From Tubiluchus corallicola (taxonomy: Eukaryota > Animalia > Priapulida), in NCBI GenBank assembly GCA_030141605.1, contig JAQGDQ010000181.1:1-64000 (forward strand): DNA of 64,000 nt, given 5' to 3'. Positions 11,720 to 23,900 of the stretch are shown piece after piece. Position 1 is the stretch's first letter, and every line of letters starts with the position of its first letter. The position numbers were made by a program, and so were the translations under genes. The notes under the pieces are model-generated. The model did no database searches and was not told the origin of the DNA. It saw nothing but the letters and a program-made list of their open reading frames with translations.

Positions 11720-13447
11720 AATAATAATAATAAAGTAACAATCATGTCGGTGAAGTGTTGGCAGTATTAATGCAGAATTTAACTGGAGAGAGAAGATCGT
11801 CCTTTAAGAATGGAGTTTAAAGCCTAATAATTCTCTCGAAATAAATTACAAATTGAAAGTTGTTGTACGAAGAAGGTAAAAAAAGCGTATCTCATGAAGC
11901 AATGTTTATATTGATAACTCTCTTACATGTCTGAAAAAGTGCAGCGTTTCTTCCATTGATAAAAGCACAAGTGCCGTGTATTCTTTCAAGGCTGATCCGT
12001 CGGTCAGTCTATCAGTTGCTGACATGAAGGATTGATAGTGCATCTCCGCATTCCATTTCAACAAGACGGCATATATGTCAAGCAAGGATAACTTCATCAA
12101 AACCGAAGATATGAATTTATTTCCTGTAACACAAAGATAAATATTAGTTAAATTTTTACAAATTAAAATGAAAGCTCTACGAATCAATAAAAGAGAGAAC
12201 GAGTGAATAAATGAACGAACGAACGAACGAACGAACGAACGAACGAACGAATGAATGAATGAATGCATGAATGAATGAATGAATGAATGAATAGACGAAC
12301 GAACAAATGAATATAATTCTAAGAGCCCTATGTAACGTTAGAAATGAAGTATCCAATGAGTGAATTCATGAATGACGAATAAACACATTAACTACTATTA
12401 ATTATTTAGTTGGCTAGATATTTACTCGTTTATTTCTTTGCTTATTTTTATGCAACTCACCAATTTATTGATTAATTTTTTCATGAAAAATTAAAGGTCT
12501 GCAATACAGGGGCAGATTTGCTTAGACTACAGCAACTTGTTATTTTCAAAATCATCTTATGAAAAACAAATGATTTTGGCACTGAATTTTTTTTGGACTG
12601 AGGGAGTTACAGTCCTTAACTTTCAACAAATAAAATCAATTTTAGCACAAAAATCCACGGGAACTAAAAGTCGAACGTAAAGACTAATGATCCATGCTAT
12701 TATAAATCATTGTTAGCATGAGAAGGATACGTTTCTCGTATGTACATAATTGCACAAGATACGCTGTATGTGACAATTCGCGATTTTTTGCATAATTTTA
12801 TGCAAGTTAAATATTTGACGAAACGCCCAAAACAATATACGAAATACGAAATGTGTTCGTAACACAAAAGTATGTCACCTTTCTCAGTTTCAAGTTTTAG
12901 TCTGTCAAAAATATGATCGTTGAATTGGAATTTAAACACTACCTGAGGTCAGTTGTGACTGACGTCAGTAATGGACAATACAATACATATTATAACACAA
13001 AAATTGTATCTATCTCGCACAATTTGAATCGAAATTGCATCACTACATCCAAACTGTGTTTGATACAGAAATAATTACGTCAAAGCGAAAACGTATTACA
13101 AAAATTAGTACCCGAAAGCTCAATAATCTCAATAATTCTATGTACTGTTGCTTGTTTATCTTACACCATTTTGTTAATTAGAAAAACGTATGCCTACCGT
13201 ATTCTTCGTCATATATCACCACAATTTTTCTTGTCCTCATTATTCTCACAAGTTCCAAAGAAGCCAGGCAAGTAATGTTGTCATCACTTTGGCCAGCGTC
13301 GGTTTCGTGGTAATAAACGCTCTTAAAGCTGGTGAAGTTGCAGTTCAAACAACGGCCTGTACTGGGATGATCCGTCGAATTTCTTATTAAGGTCATAAAC
13401 AAAGCCAACAGGAACAGGGCAATTGGTGGCCAACGTTGAAAATACAT
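6641..13447 (-). CDS. Divergent ionotropic glutamate receptor / ionotropic receptor (IR)-type subunit, ~690 aa, 9 coding exons
   Basis: Exons 13447-13198, 12123-11927, 11401-11018, 10191-10100, 9928-9838, 9458-9137, 8351-8134, 7648-7386 and 6896-6641; all GT..AG, phases compatible, total 2073 nt. Motifs: GPPFVI..GYVVDIFDELSRRLNF, DGKFGS..GSWNGIIGAL, SPERQLAVNFTVPF (S1), M1 KPISGDIWWC, pore ESIWFTYGTLLL, M3 ATYTANLMAFL, S2 INSIQDLADQSDIDYG, GILQELYAKWW, and M4. Confidence 0.93.
9600..9700. repeat. (CAGT)n/(CATT)n tetranucleotide microsatellite
   Basis: Visible directly, in an IR intron. Confidence 0.9.
11409..11733. repeat. Compound trinucleotide microsatellite (GAT/AAC/GAC/TAC/CAC/AAT)
   Basis: Visible directly. 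It is the source of the poly-V/T/N/C ORFs in the track. Confidence 0.97.
12200..12303. repeat. (GAAC)n/(GAAT)n microsatellite
   Basis: Visible directly. Confidence 0.92.
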
Positions 13448-14772
13448 TGTTTTTGTAAGGAGATGGCTAAGAATGATTTCACACACTTGTAAAAGTTTTG
13501 CACATGCGCAGTTAAGCCTGCACAATTTATAAAAAATTCTAATTAAGTTTTAAAATTTTATAAATGCTGTGAGATCGTCACATCCTTTGGCGCACATCAT
13601 TTCTTAGTAAAAGACGTTTTTGTAATGAATTTCCTAGATTCAAACGTATGTATTGCGCTACACCTAATACTTCTTCCACAGACATTTTTTCTAATCAGTT
13701 ATATACATATAAAAAGACATAGAACACGTGCAAATAACAACACAATTAGGTAGATTGAGTGCATGTTCACGGTAGTCAATAAATCTTGCTACATAATAGT
13801 GTCTAGTAACGCTACGTTGTAATCGTGCTTGAGTATTTGTTTGAACAGTAGAACTGGGCTGATTACATTTCGTACAGGTGCAACTACTATGATGGCGCAA
13901 TACATCAGTTTTATATTACTTGGCTTCCAGCTTCCCATAACGCAAGGCTTTGGACATTAGTATAAAGACAATGCCCTGTTGATGCCAATAAGGTTCCAAA
14001 AATCAGCCGCGCAGATTAAATCGAAATATTTATACACACAAGATGGAGCCATCACATATGATGTTGACAATTGATAACTCACCGAAAACCTCACTTATGT
14101 ATAAGTGTAAAAACAACATGCCAGATGTTAAACTCAGACTCAATACTATTTTGAATATTATGGCTTTTGACACAGGGTCGTCGGATTTAATCATTTAATC
14201 ACGATTTAATAAAAAACAATGTTCGTTTATCACATCGCCACAGTTGCAGCAAATTGGGCACCGTATACTGTGTTGAACTGCAGGCGGTACCTCGCCGACA
14301 GGGGCTAAAGCTATCCAGGTTGGTTCGGTACCAGCAGATGCGGAGGTCAAGCAGTCTGTAACGCTTCTGACATCCATCCACGAAACAATGGAATGACGTG
14401 CAAGAAAAACGCTACCTTTACTTGCAAACTACATGAAGAAGATTAAAAAAATGATGAAACAGAGTTTACATCGTTACGGATTAAATTAAGTGGACCAGTA
14501 AAAAAGCAGCGAAGGCCACTATTATACAGGCCACATGCATAACTTGGCTTCGACTGAAACTTACATTTAGCGTAATGTTCAGTGCAGTATTATAACAGAA
14601 TGAGACGAATAAATTGCACTTCAATTTTAAATCTTAATCTTAATCTTTATTAGTGGCAACAGGCAATCTTTATGGATAAAGATTGTGCCGTTTGGGCAGT
14701 AATGTATTGTTAATGGGGCGCTCACAACGGCCCTATTGACTTGTGCCCCTTTTATACAACCAAAAAGCTAAC

Positions 14773-14852
14773 GGGAGGAGAGGAGAGGAATGAGACGAGA
14801 GGAGAGGAGAAGAGACGAGAGGAGACGAGACGAGATGGGAGGAGAGGAGAGA
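14773..14852. repeat. Purine-rich (GAGAG/GAGAC)n pentamer repeat
   Basis: Visible directly. Confidence 0.85.
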
Positions 14853-15647
14853 AAATTAGACTAGATTAGATCAAACTATAACTTTATAAATACCATAAGG
14901 CATTTTTATGTATATTACAATATCAAAAATTTCATTTTCTGACAAAATTTTCATTACGCAGTTCATGGCTTGAAGTAGAAACAGTTTTAAATATATACTT
15001 CAAGTATTATTTCTGTTAAAAACTTTAAAAATGAAACATTCAATGTGTTCGCATTTCAACCTGGATAACAACTGGAACTCGTTCTGTCCAACGCATTTAC
15101 CTAAGCAAATCTTCATGAAATTTACGTAAAATTAAGAATAAGTTGGAATGACACTAACTAAAGGGCTTTTAAAGAGCACAAGTTAGCCCTCTTACAAAAC
15201 ATATTGTTTCTAGTTTTATTACTTTCAAAGCTGCTTCGCTGTAATCCTTCTAATAAGCCTTTTCACAGTTTCGTTATGCACACGCTCAGTTGCTGTAGGT
15301 CAAAGGTCAAGTGTACCACAGCAACGCGTCTCAACTACAATCGTCACGTGACATATGGCTAAAGCAAAACCGTCTGCCGCATCAGTTCAGTGTTTTATAT
15401 GGACTTTGCTTAATTATGAATTATCTCTGCGTTAAGCGATTTACTAGCAGGATCGTGCTTTGAAAGTGCAAAAAATAAACTAAGCAAGGTTCTGGCTAGC
15501 TGTTAAAAGTGTTACTATTACAACAGCATGGGCTGTAAAAGGTGTTATCAAATGAACACAAATGCATTGTCTGGTACAATTAACGTTTGACCTTCTCGCG
15601 ATCATCATCAATCGCTGGAACTGTGAAAAGGCTTGTTGCTTTTAACT

Positions 15648-16066
15648 TTAATCAATCATCTTCAAAGACGCTTTTCCTGGAGGTTCATGCACCTTTACTC
15701 TGAAAACAGCAAGCACGCCTGCTAGTTTAGGATATAAATTCTCTACTTTCTCTCTCTTCACAAGTTCCAATGAGCCGTTCTTCACTAGATCGTCTTGCAG
15801 AGATGGAAACATTTCTACGTCCTCCGCGTCACCGTAAATTATTAAAATGATTCCACCTGTCATGTAAATGAATGTTAAACTAAAAATAGTACTTCTGACA
15901 TTTTATCGAAATTGGAAACTCTTGTATAAAAACAGTCGTTTATATTCATGGCTATCATCGAGGATAATTTTCACTGCTTATTATTACTATTGTCGTTGTT
16001 GTTGTCGCTGTTGCTGCTGCAGCTGTTGTTATTGTTATTATTATTGTATTATTGTTATTATTGTTA

Positions 16067-16150
<84 letters not shown>

Positions 16151-19100
16151 ACATCATCATCATCATCATCATCATCATCATAATGATAATATAATATGAT
16201 GATATCCACTCATTTCAGTACTCTTGTAATTATATTACAATATACGGTGTTGCAAGAATCTATAACACGTATTTTAAAACAATCTTTAAATGAGTTCTTT
16301 ACCTTTAACTTTACATTTTCGTGATTACTTTATCATACAGTACAACTATATTATTATTATTATTATCATCATCATCATTATTATCATTATTATTCTCAAT
16401 CTCGTTATCATTATCATTACTCCCAACAAGTTTTTACACTGCTTGTTGCCTGTTAATTTTTTGTCATTTACAGATTTTGTGAATATTCTAGACAAACTTC
16501 TGCTTTTAAAAACTTATAATTTAATAGTAAAAAAGTCAAAAAAGTCAAAATACAACGTTTCTCTTAAGGCTAAGACGCACCTGGTTTAACTATCCTGATC
16601 ATTTCTAGAATGCTCTCAGGTGGTATGTGCTTAAGTCCAATGGCGCCCACACAAGTTACAACATCGTAGGAATCTATAATGATATCAACATGTGTATATA
16701 TACCGAAAATTGGAACAGTTTAAAGTAAAAATGACTCAGGAAAAGAGGCACAAATGGAAAAGTAGTAATAATTGTTTAGAATTAAGGTACTGTTAGGAGT
16801 AATTATTTTAATTAGTTTTACCTCCGCCAAGAAGGCTATTTTATTTTCAATGCCGCTTGTTTGTCTGCCTGTTAATTAGCAGTATTGCGAGAAAAAACGA
16901 TTCATAATTACGATTACGAATATGATTACCTCTGTCATTTTTGATTTATTAAGATTGCTACGCAAAGACTATTTGACAGATTTTCACGAAACTTCGTGGA
17001 AAAGTTTTGCATAAGACAGGGAAAGTGGAATTTTAGTGCTGAGTCAGGACGTCGGGGGAAGGGTCAAAAACTGCCAGAATTGTTGTTTTATCCGTTTTTC
17101 ACAAACTTGAGAAACACCATGTACAAAGAAGTGTTCGTGAGGCTCTTCATGGAGACGTCGGAGACAATTTTGGTGCTTCTTGGAAAAAAGAGGTGACCTT
17201 CGCCAGGACGGACTTTGTGAAAACTAGATTTTTACTGTTAAATAAAGTTCTTTTCTCATAACTGAAACATACAACTGACTAAACATGAAAAACACAGAAA
17301 ACCAATCTACTCTTGAGGGCCTACCTTTCCCTTACATTACGCTGAAACAGTTGGAAGACAAATCCTGGGAGTATGGGGGCAGGCTTGTCCTGTTTAGCGT
17401 TACAAATGCCAGCAACCACCGAACTCCAAAGAAACAGGATGCGGCACTTGTATTTATAGACTTGCAGGTGAACACAGGTAGGTATTCGAATTTAGAGCCA
17501 ATCGGAACGCGGGGTTTATGAATTCCATTCAGGTAAGACTAGTACATTTAAAATTTATAGGGGTGTTTTACTTTAACAAGACACGAAATAGCATACAGGC
17601 CGCATATCTGTGTCATTGAGTGAGTGAAAAAGGTAGACAGAGCAAAACAGAGCTAAACTCAGTTTAAAATTTTTCGGATTTTTCGAATTTTCAGCAAAGG
17701 CCTACTGAGTGCCTCTCCCGTGTTATTATAGAAATTATTTGTACCAGAATAACATCATTTTTCAGCTTTTTCATCTGCCGTCTTACCCAGTACCAATTGC
17801 ACCGTGCCATTTTTGCTGGGCCACTTTTACCTACATTCACAGATGATGCATAGTACATGTATTAATGTAGTACTGCCAACTCAGTCACAATACAATTGCT
17901 AAAATTATTGTCTGCTGCTGCTGCTGCTAGTACGACTATTACTGGTGTTACTGCTATGTCATATCATTAAAAATAAACTGACGCGTGCTGCAGTTAGGTT
18001 TAATTACAACTTTAGTTATAGCAGGAGTGACAACACCACTGACTACACGACTCTCTTCCATTTCTAGTCAAAAATTATCAATATATGTCGGGGAACTATA
18101 AACAGTTATGAATATAATGTTAATTCTGGCATTCACGAAAAAGCTATATGAAAAAGGAAAGCTTAAACTGCAGACTAGTTATAGAAAGCAGACAGGACTG
18201 CCATTACATAAAGCTACAGATAAAGTTACACCCTAACATCTTTAAGTGTTTATTACAAGCACATCTATTTACCAGTGTCAATGCCTGGTGTTCTATCAGC
18301 GTTGATAAGTGAGCATATGTATTTCTCGTACAGTTTTTCTTCTTTTGCTACATTTAGCATCGCTTGTGAACCATCTAGAGCGTCCATGTTTGTGAATCCC
18401 AGAGATCTTAACTGTTTAACAGAATTATGCTGGCCTATAATGGTCCTCTTTATTGTATTAATAAGTCTTTAATAGTCTTTATACACGATGCGTTCAGCGT
18501 CTGTGAGTCAGTCACATTTTGCCACAGTCTTACTACAACTCAACTAAGTTTCATGTAGAATCACTTTTAAAAAAAGTTTTCATCTACCAGCAGCAAAAGT
18601 TTGAACACAGCTTAATAGTCAAATGTTAAAGTTTAGCAAACATTTGGTTAAACAATGTCAGGTTCATAGAAACTATTATATGATGATGGCGATGAAACCT
18701 GTAAAATTACCCTTTGAGCCAATAATCCAGATCCGGCACCAACATCTAAGATTCTAGCAGTTTTATCTGTGACGAAATTGTCAAGGCACTCAGCTGCAAA
18801 CTCGGGACATTTATACTGGAGCAACTTCATATCCTTGAAAAACATGATGCACATTTTGTTTGAGAACGGTAAAACAAATTTATTACAGGTAAACTTTGTG
18901 CATTACAGATGCAGATAACAGTACATCTGAAGATAACAATGCATTAGTTATCGTACGTGTCTTGAAAAAAAGATATTGTTTATTTAGTCGTTCTTACAAA
19001 ATAAAAAGTAGATTTAGTAACATACTTTAAAACTGCAGTTAGTTACGTTTTCGACAACACTAGCATTTACCAAAGAAAAAAATCAATGATACCATACACT

Positions 19101-19310
19101 GACAATAGATAAAACAAGCCCTGTAATTATAAGTCTACTTTACTGCCTTACCTTGTCATACTGAGCTGCCCAGTTATCATAGAGGTTTTTTATATCCTCG
19201 GGATTTTTACATGCCAGTATCTCTTTCATTGTTCTTTCATAGGTCTCTTTGTACTGAGAATCCCAACCTTCATCGTCCAAGTTCGACAAATATTTACCTT
19301 CGTTTATCAT
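15648..19310 (-). CDS. METTL27: Methyltransferase-like 27 (WBSCR27)-family class I SAM-dependent methyltransferase, ~240 aa, 5 coding exons
   Basis: Exons 19310-19152, 18833-18711, 18411-18273, 16673-16581 and 15856-15648 (723 nt, phases consistent). Motifs: LYDNWAAQYDKDM, ARILDVGAGSGLL (motif I), GFTNMDALDGSQAML, SYDVVTCVG, EMIRIVKPGG. A probable non-coding first exon ends at a donor at 20280. Confidence 0.9.
15978..16195. repeat. Compound (TTA/TTG/CAT)n microsatellite
   Basis: Visible directly, in a METTL27 intron. Confidence 0.95.
16817..17232 (+). mobile_element. Helentron-associated (HINE/DINE-1-like) non-autonomous element, degenerate
   Basis: Starts tttacctccgccaagaagg, then tgtttgtctgcctgtt, then a core containing gattttcacgaaactt, and ends ...aactagatttt. 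This is the layout typical of HINEs. Confidence 0.5.
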
Positions 19311-19629
19311 TGTTCTGCTAGTCTGTGATTCCAGACTGGAAACCAAACGCGATCTTCAAAAAAAGCATTGAATGCAGCGATTTTGGCGCATAGCAGTGAG
19401 TTAATCAACGTGATTTATCGAAAAAAAATACGCGCAGTAGTTCTAAATAAAAGAAAATTTTACCAGTGTTATTATAAAAAACAAATTAAACTGGCAGCAA
19501 AAGGTTTCAAGAAATATAAGCTCAAATTTAAGCTCAACTCGTTTACTGAGACAGCCTAGGTATTCCAAAGATTCAGTTGAATCAGTGTCAACAAAGTTTC
19601 TAAGATTCAAATCAAGCATTTATCCACTA

Positions 19630-19674
<45 letters not shown>

Positions 19675-20180
19675 TTTGTTGATTAATAAAATGCGATACA
19701 ATACAATACAATGCATACAATACAATGCAATGCAATGCAATGCAATGCAATGCAATGCAATGCAATGCAATGCAATGCAATGCAATACAATACAATACAA
19801 TACAATACAATACAATACAATACAATACAATACAATACAAACATACAATACAATACAATACAATACAATACAATACAATACAATACAATACAATACAATA
19901 CAATACAATACAATACAATAAATACAATACAATACAATACAATACAATACAATACAATACAATACAATACAATACAATACAATACAATACAATACAATAC
20001 AATACAATACAATACAATACAATACAATACAATACAATGTAATGCAATGCAATATAATACAATACAATACAATATAATATAATATAATACAATGCAATGC
20101 AATGCAATACAATACAACACAATACAATGCAAAACAACACAATTCTAATACAATACAACACAATACAATATAATACAAAT
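19630..20180. repeat. (AAT)n followed by (CAATA)n/(CAATG)n pentanucleotide satellite
   Basis: Visible directly. It is the source of the CIVLY/YNTIQ ORFs. Confidence 0.97.
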
Positions 20181-20339
20181 CAACTAATTCAGGCAGGTTA
20201 TAATAATTATTAAGAAATGAAATAGTGATGATATAAATAGCAGTCTATCATTTTACACAAAAATACAACCTAGTACTTACCACAAATGGCTTGCACCAGT
20301 TGCCACCAGCAAAAAGTACGCCTACCGAATAACAATCAG

Positions 20340-20946
20340 GCCTACTGAAATTTATCTCTTTTATGTGTGTTTGTTTGCATGTTCCAAAGGCCACCTTATG
20401 TCAAAATATATTAATATTCAGAGTAGCAGGTCTGCGTAGTGTACCCAATGATCAGTATCAGCTGAAAATCTTACCCCAGTTCTTCCAAAAGAGTTGTTTA
20501 CATATTGTACAGTTTCGCAAATTCTAAAGTTTTGTTAGAGCAACAGAAGTACCATATTAACTGCTGGTAAGGGCCTCACCAGCCGGGGTGGTTCGGGCCT
20601 GCAAGAACGGGGGCGGAGCAACCTAATAATGGACTCCACATAATTACAATTAACCCCAGTTGAATGAAATAATTGGCCATTATTGTTTGTTAAAGTTAGT
20701 AACTCGGGGAGAATTACTAAACAATTTTTCCATATTTTTCCCTTTAGGGGCTCTCCGTAAGTATAACTGTGAAATACGAATTTTCAATATTACTGCTGAA
20801 GGCAAGTTGTCTCAGTTTTGAAAAATCGCAAAAATCGTTCTTTTCTCTATTAACTAAACGGTCCAGTGTTTAGAACGTCAACATTAAATGTAAAACAATG
20901 AAATCTTCTTCGTTCTTCGATAAATAAAAATAAACGAACACTTTAA
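20340..20946. promoter_or_regulatory. Candidate bidirectional promoter between METTL27-like (-) and the Ig receptor gene (+)
   Basis: The genes are head-to-head. The interval contains a GC-rich patch with a GC box (ggggcggag, ~20609) and a reverse CCAAT (attgg, ~20672). Confidence 0.45.
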
Positions 20947-23900
20947 ATGGCCACACTTTCTTTACCGTTCATTCTACTGATTAGCTTAATTTTCCTGTTT
21001 TGTGAACGTAAGTTCGTGTTCAGGGCGTATAATTTCGTATTATTTAACCTATTATTTCTTATTTAATAGAGTTGGGTGTAAATCTAAGCAGTTAGCGAAT
21101 TCTTTTTGATGTGTAAATTTGTGTAAATTTTTTCAGAGTGGTTAATATTACAACTTGGACGGACTATGTCTGCTTTGAAAGCCTTTAATAGTGCTGACAA
21201 AGTACTACTGAGTGAAAGACCAAACTCTGCGTCACAGTTTCAAGATCAAACTTTATCTGCCAGGTTTGTTTATCTTCAATTTTACCTGCTTTTTGCGTAG
21301 CGCACTAACCTTTGTTTTTTGCGATTGCACGACTGTATTTGCATATATAAACAACCCACAGCAGGAAATGTTCGCGCATTGTTGATCATTTGGGGACGGA
21401 TCTAATAGCATTTGCCATCTATAGTTTTACACAGTTTTGGCATTGTGCAAAATGATTTTGTTGAGCTTTCCTGTTTGAAGTTGTTATTATTTAAATGTTT
21501 ATATTACAGAAAAACTTACCGCAGAGCAAAGACCACAAAAAACTTTGTCGATTCAGTGCTGGACAGCATAGATGTAAATGGAAGGAAAGATGAAGAAAAT
21601 GCTAGAACAGTAAAAAGAAGAAGGCAAAAAAGGTAAATAGTAACTATTGTCTTGTGTAAACTTTTGCATATACGTCACTAAATGAAGACGAAAGGTTACG
21701 AAATGAAATTTTTATGTGCCCTGCGAGTGGGCTTAGTAATCGTCTCACTGGGTTTTCTGCATTTTTATCCATTTACCTCCAATCCATACAACAGAAACCA
21801 GACAGCTGAACGTAACACATTTCACGAAAACACAACGAAAAGTAACTTGCTCTCCCGGAAAAGCTTTTCTCAAGTTTTCTACAATTTTAAGTTGTTTTTG
21901 TAAGGTAGTTCAACAACATTCTCCAAGCCAAGGTCCAGTGCTCAATGTAGGCTCTACTCGATGTACTGTAGATGGTTGTGAACTTGTGGTGGGGCCGAAA
22001 TCTAGTTTATTATGAGGAATCACGCTCTAAGAAGAGACACTGGACCGGGCTGGACCTGGACAGAGATAAGTTGTCTTAGCCCCTTCAAATGCCTTCAGAA
22101 TAAACAGCAAAACAAACGGAACACAGTGTCCATTTAAGTGACACCATTAACAACAAAAAACATATGTGATGTGCGATATTTGCCACTGCACACCTGTTGC
22201 AGTCTATGCAGCTGTTTTAGGATAAAACACGGATCATTTAGGCCTAGTTAGTGGGATTTCTTAAGCGTTTTGCAGTAAAACAAGAAACTAAAGGACGAAA
22301 TGTGACGTAGCATCTAATGTTTTTATGTTATACTGTCTATTTGCATGTTTCCAGAAACTTGTTCAAGGCTCTGATGGCTCCCTTAGACATAGCCATAAAA
22401 AGTCACCTAAAAGATAAACCGTAAGTACAACGTGATTTTGAGATTGGAAGGGGTAAGGCTATATCCTATATTTAACATTAATCGGAGTTTTCTGCAGCAA
22501 TTTTGTCTCTCAACTTCTGCAAACAGTTTAACCATATTACTTGCACAATCTTTAGACATTTAAGTTAGATTATAAAAGTGAAAAATCTAAAAAATGAAAA
22601 ATCAAACAGTACAGAATAACTTGTATTGCCAAATTGTTTTTGATAGTGTCAAATGTGGTGGTTCCTTTGGAAAAGATGTATGTGTTACATTAGACATGAG
22701 TTAAAATCGTCATCCATTATTTTTAGCCTCAGTGCGATAGTAAAATCTGTAGTACAGCTGGTAGATAGTACCCTTTAACATATCGTCCAGTAGCATCCAC
22801 TTCGTAAAATGTTGCAGATCGCTATTGCAAAAATTCTCAGAGTAAAACTTCACACGCATGTTAAAGCACTACAACAGCAACAAACAAAATTCATAGCTAA
22901 AAAACATTTGAGAAGTTTTCGTTTAATATGTTTTAGCATTGGCAACAGCTCGTTAAGACTAGATAATTGTCTCTCGCGGGTTCTCTTTGAAAGTTATTTC
23001 GGAGAGTTTTCGCTACGAATAGAACTTATCAGCAAGAAACTCGCGAGAGACTCTCAGCAACTCTCGAAGAGTTTGTAATAAGTTGTCAAGAAAACTCGCA
23101 AAGCCGTTCACATTTGCGAGTTTACTCTCACAGAGAACTCTCGTGAGAAAACTCTCTAGTCTGAACGCGCCTTAAGAAGTTGCAAGAACTTGGGAGATTT
23201 TATATTCCGCAAAACCTGTTAATGATATTTAAATTATGAGAAAAATTTTGCACAGTTTCGGTTAACCTTTGTTTTGCTGCTTGTTTGACTAGAGAAATGC
23301 TTGAGAAATATGAAAATATGAAGAAGAACGTTAAAGCCGCGGTTAACGAATCAGCTGAACGCAGCAGGGAAGAACGAAAAGTGATGGAAGAGCTTTCAAA
23401 ACCCTATACGCAGGCAGAGTGAGTACACGCTGTAAACTCAATGAAATTGCAATATTATTATAAATAACATTGAAAGGCGATGGCGGCAGCAGCAGTAACA
23501 AAAAAACATCCATAACGAGGACAACAACAATGACAACGGCAGCAGCAACAACAGCAAAGACAACAAACTGAAAATCACCACAAAAGCCCTTTCAAACAAC
23601 GGCAGCAATAACGGCAATGACACTAACTAAAATCAAGGTAACACCAGTAGCTACAATAACAATGATTATGACTGCACCTATATCAAGATCAGCAACATTC
23701 AACAATTAAGTATCAATAACAGTAATAGTGATAGTATTCAAAACTATAGTCAACAACAATAGGATTATTTGTCTTTTATCTTTTTATATTCTTCATCTTT
23801 TTATCTTTTTTAGCTTTCACGAATGTTTAAAGCAACGAGCCGCTCATGAAAAGGTTTACAACGAAACAGGTCAAAATCCTCCAATCACAACCTATGTCGA

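Noticed and set aside
11006-11770. Poly-Val/Thr/Asn/Cys ORFs
   Set aside because: Translations of a microsatellite; only 11018-11401 (-) is a real exon.
14195-14381. Short Cys-containing ORFs (CPICCNC)
   Set aside because: No recognisable domain and no convincing splice partners; more likely UTR or promoter sequence.
15868-16589. Poly-I/H/D/N ORFs
   Set aside because: Intronic microsatellites.
19607-20178. CIVLY/YNTIQ repeat proteins
   Set aside because: Translations of the (CAATA)n pentamer satellite.
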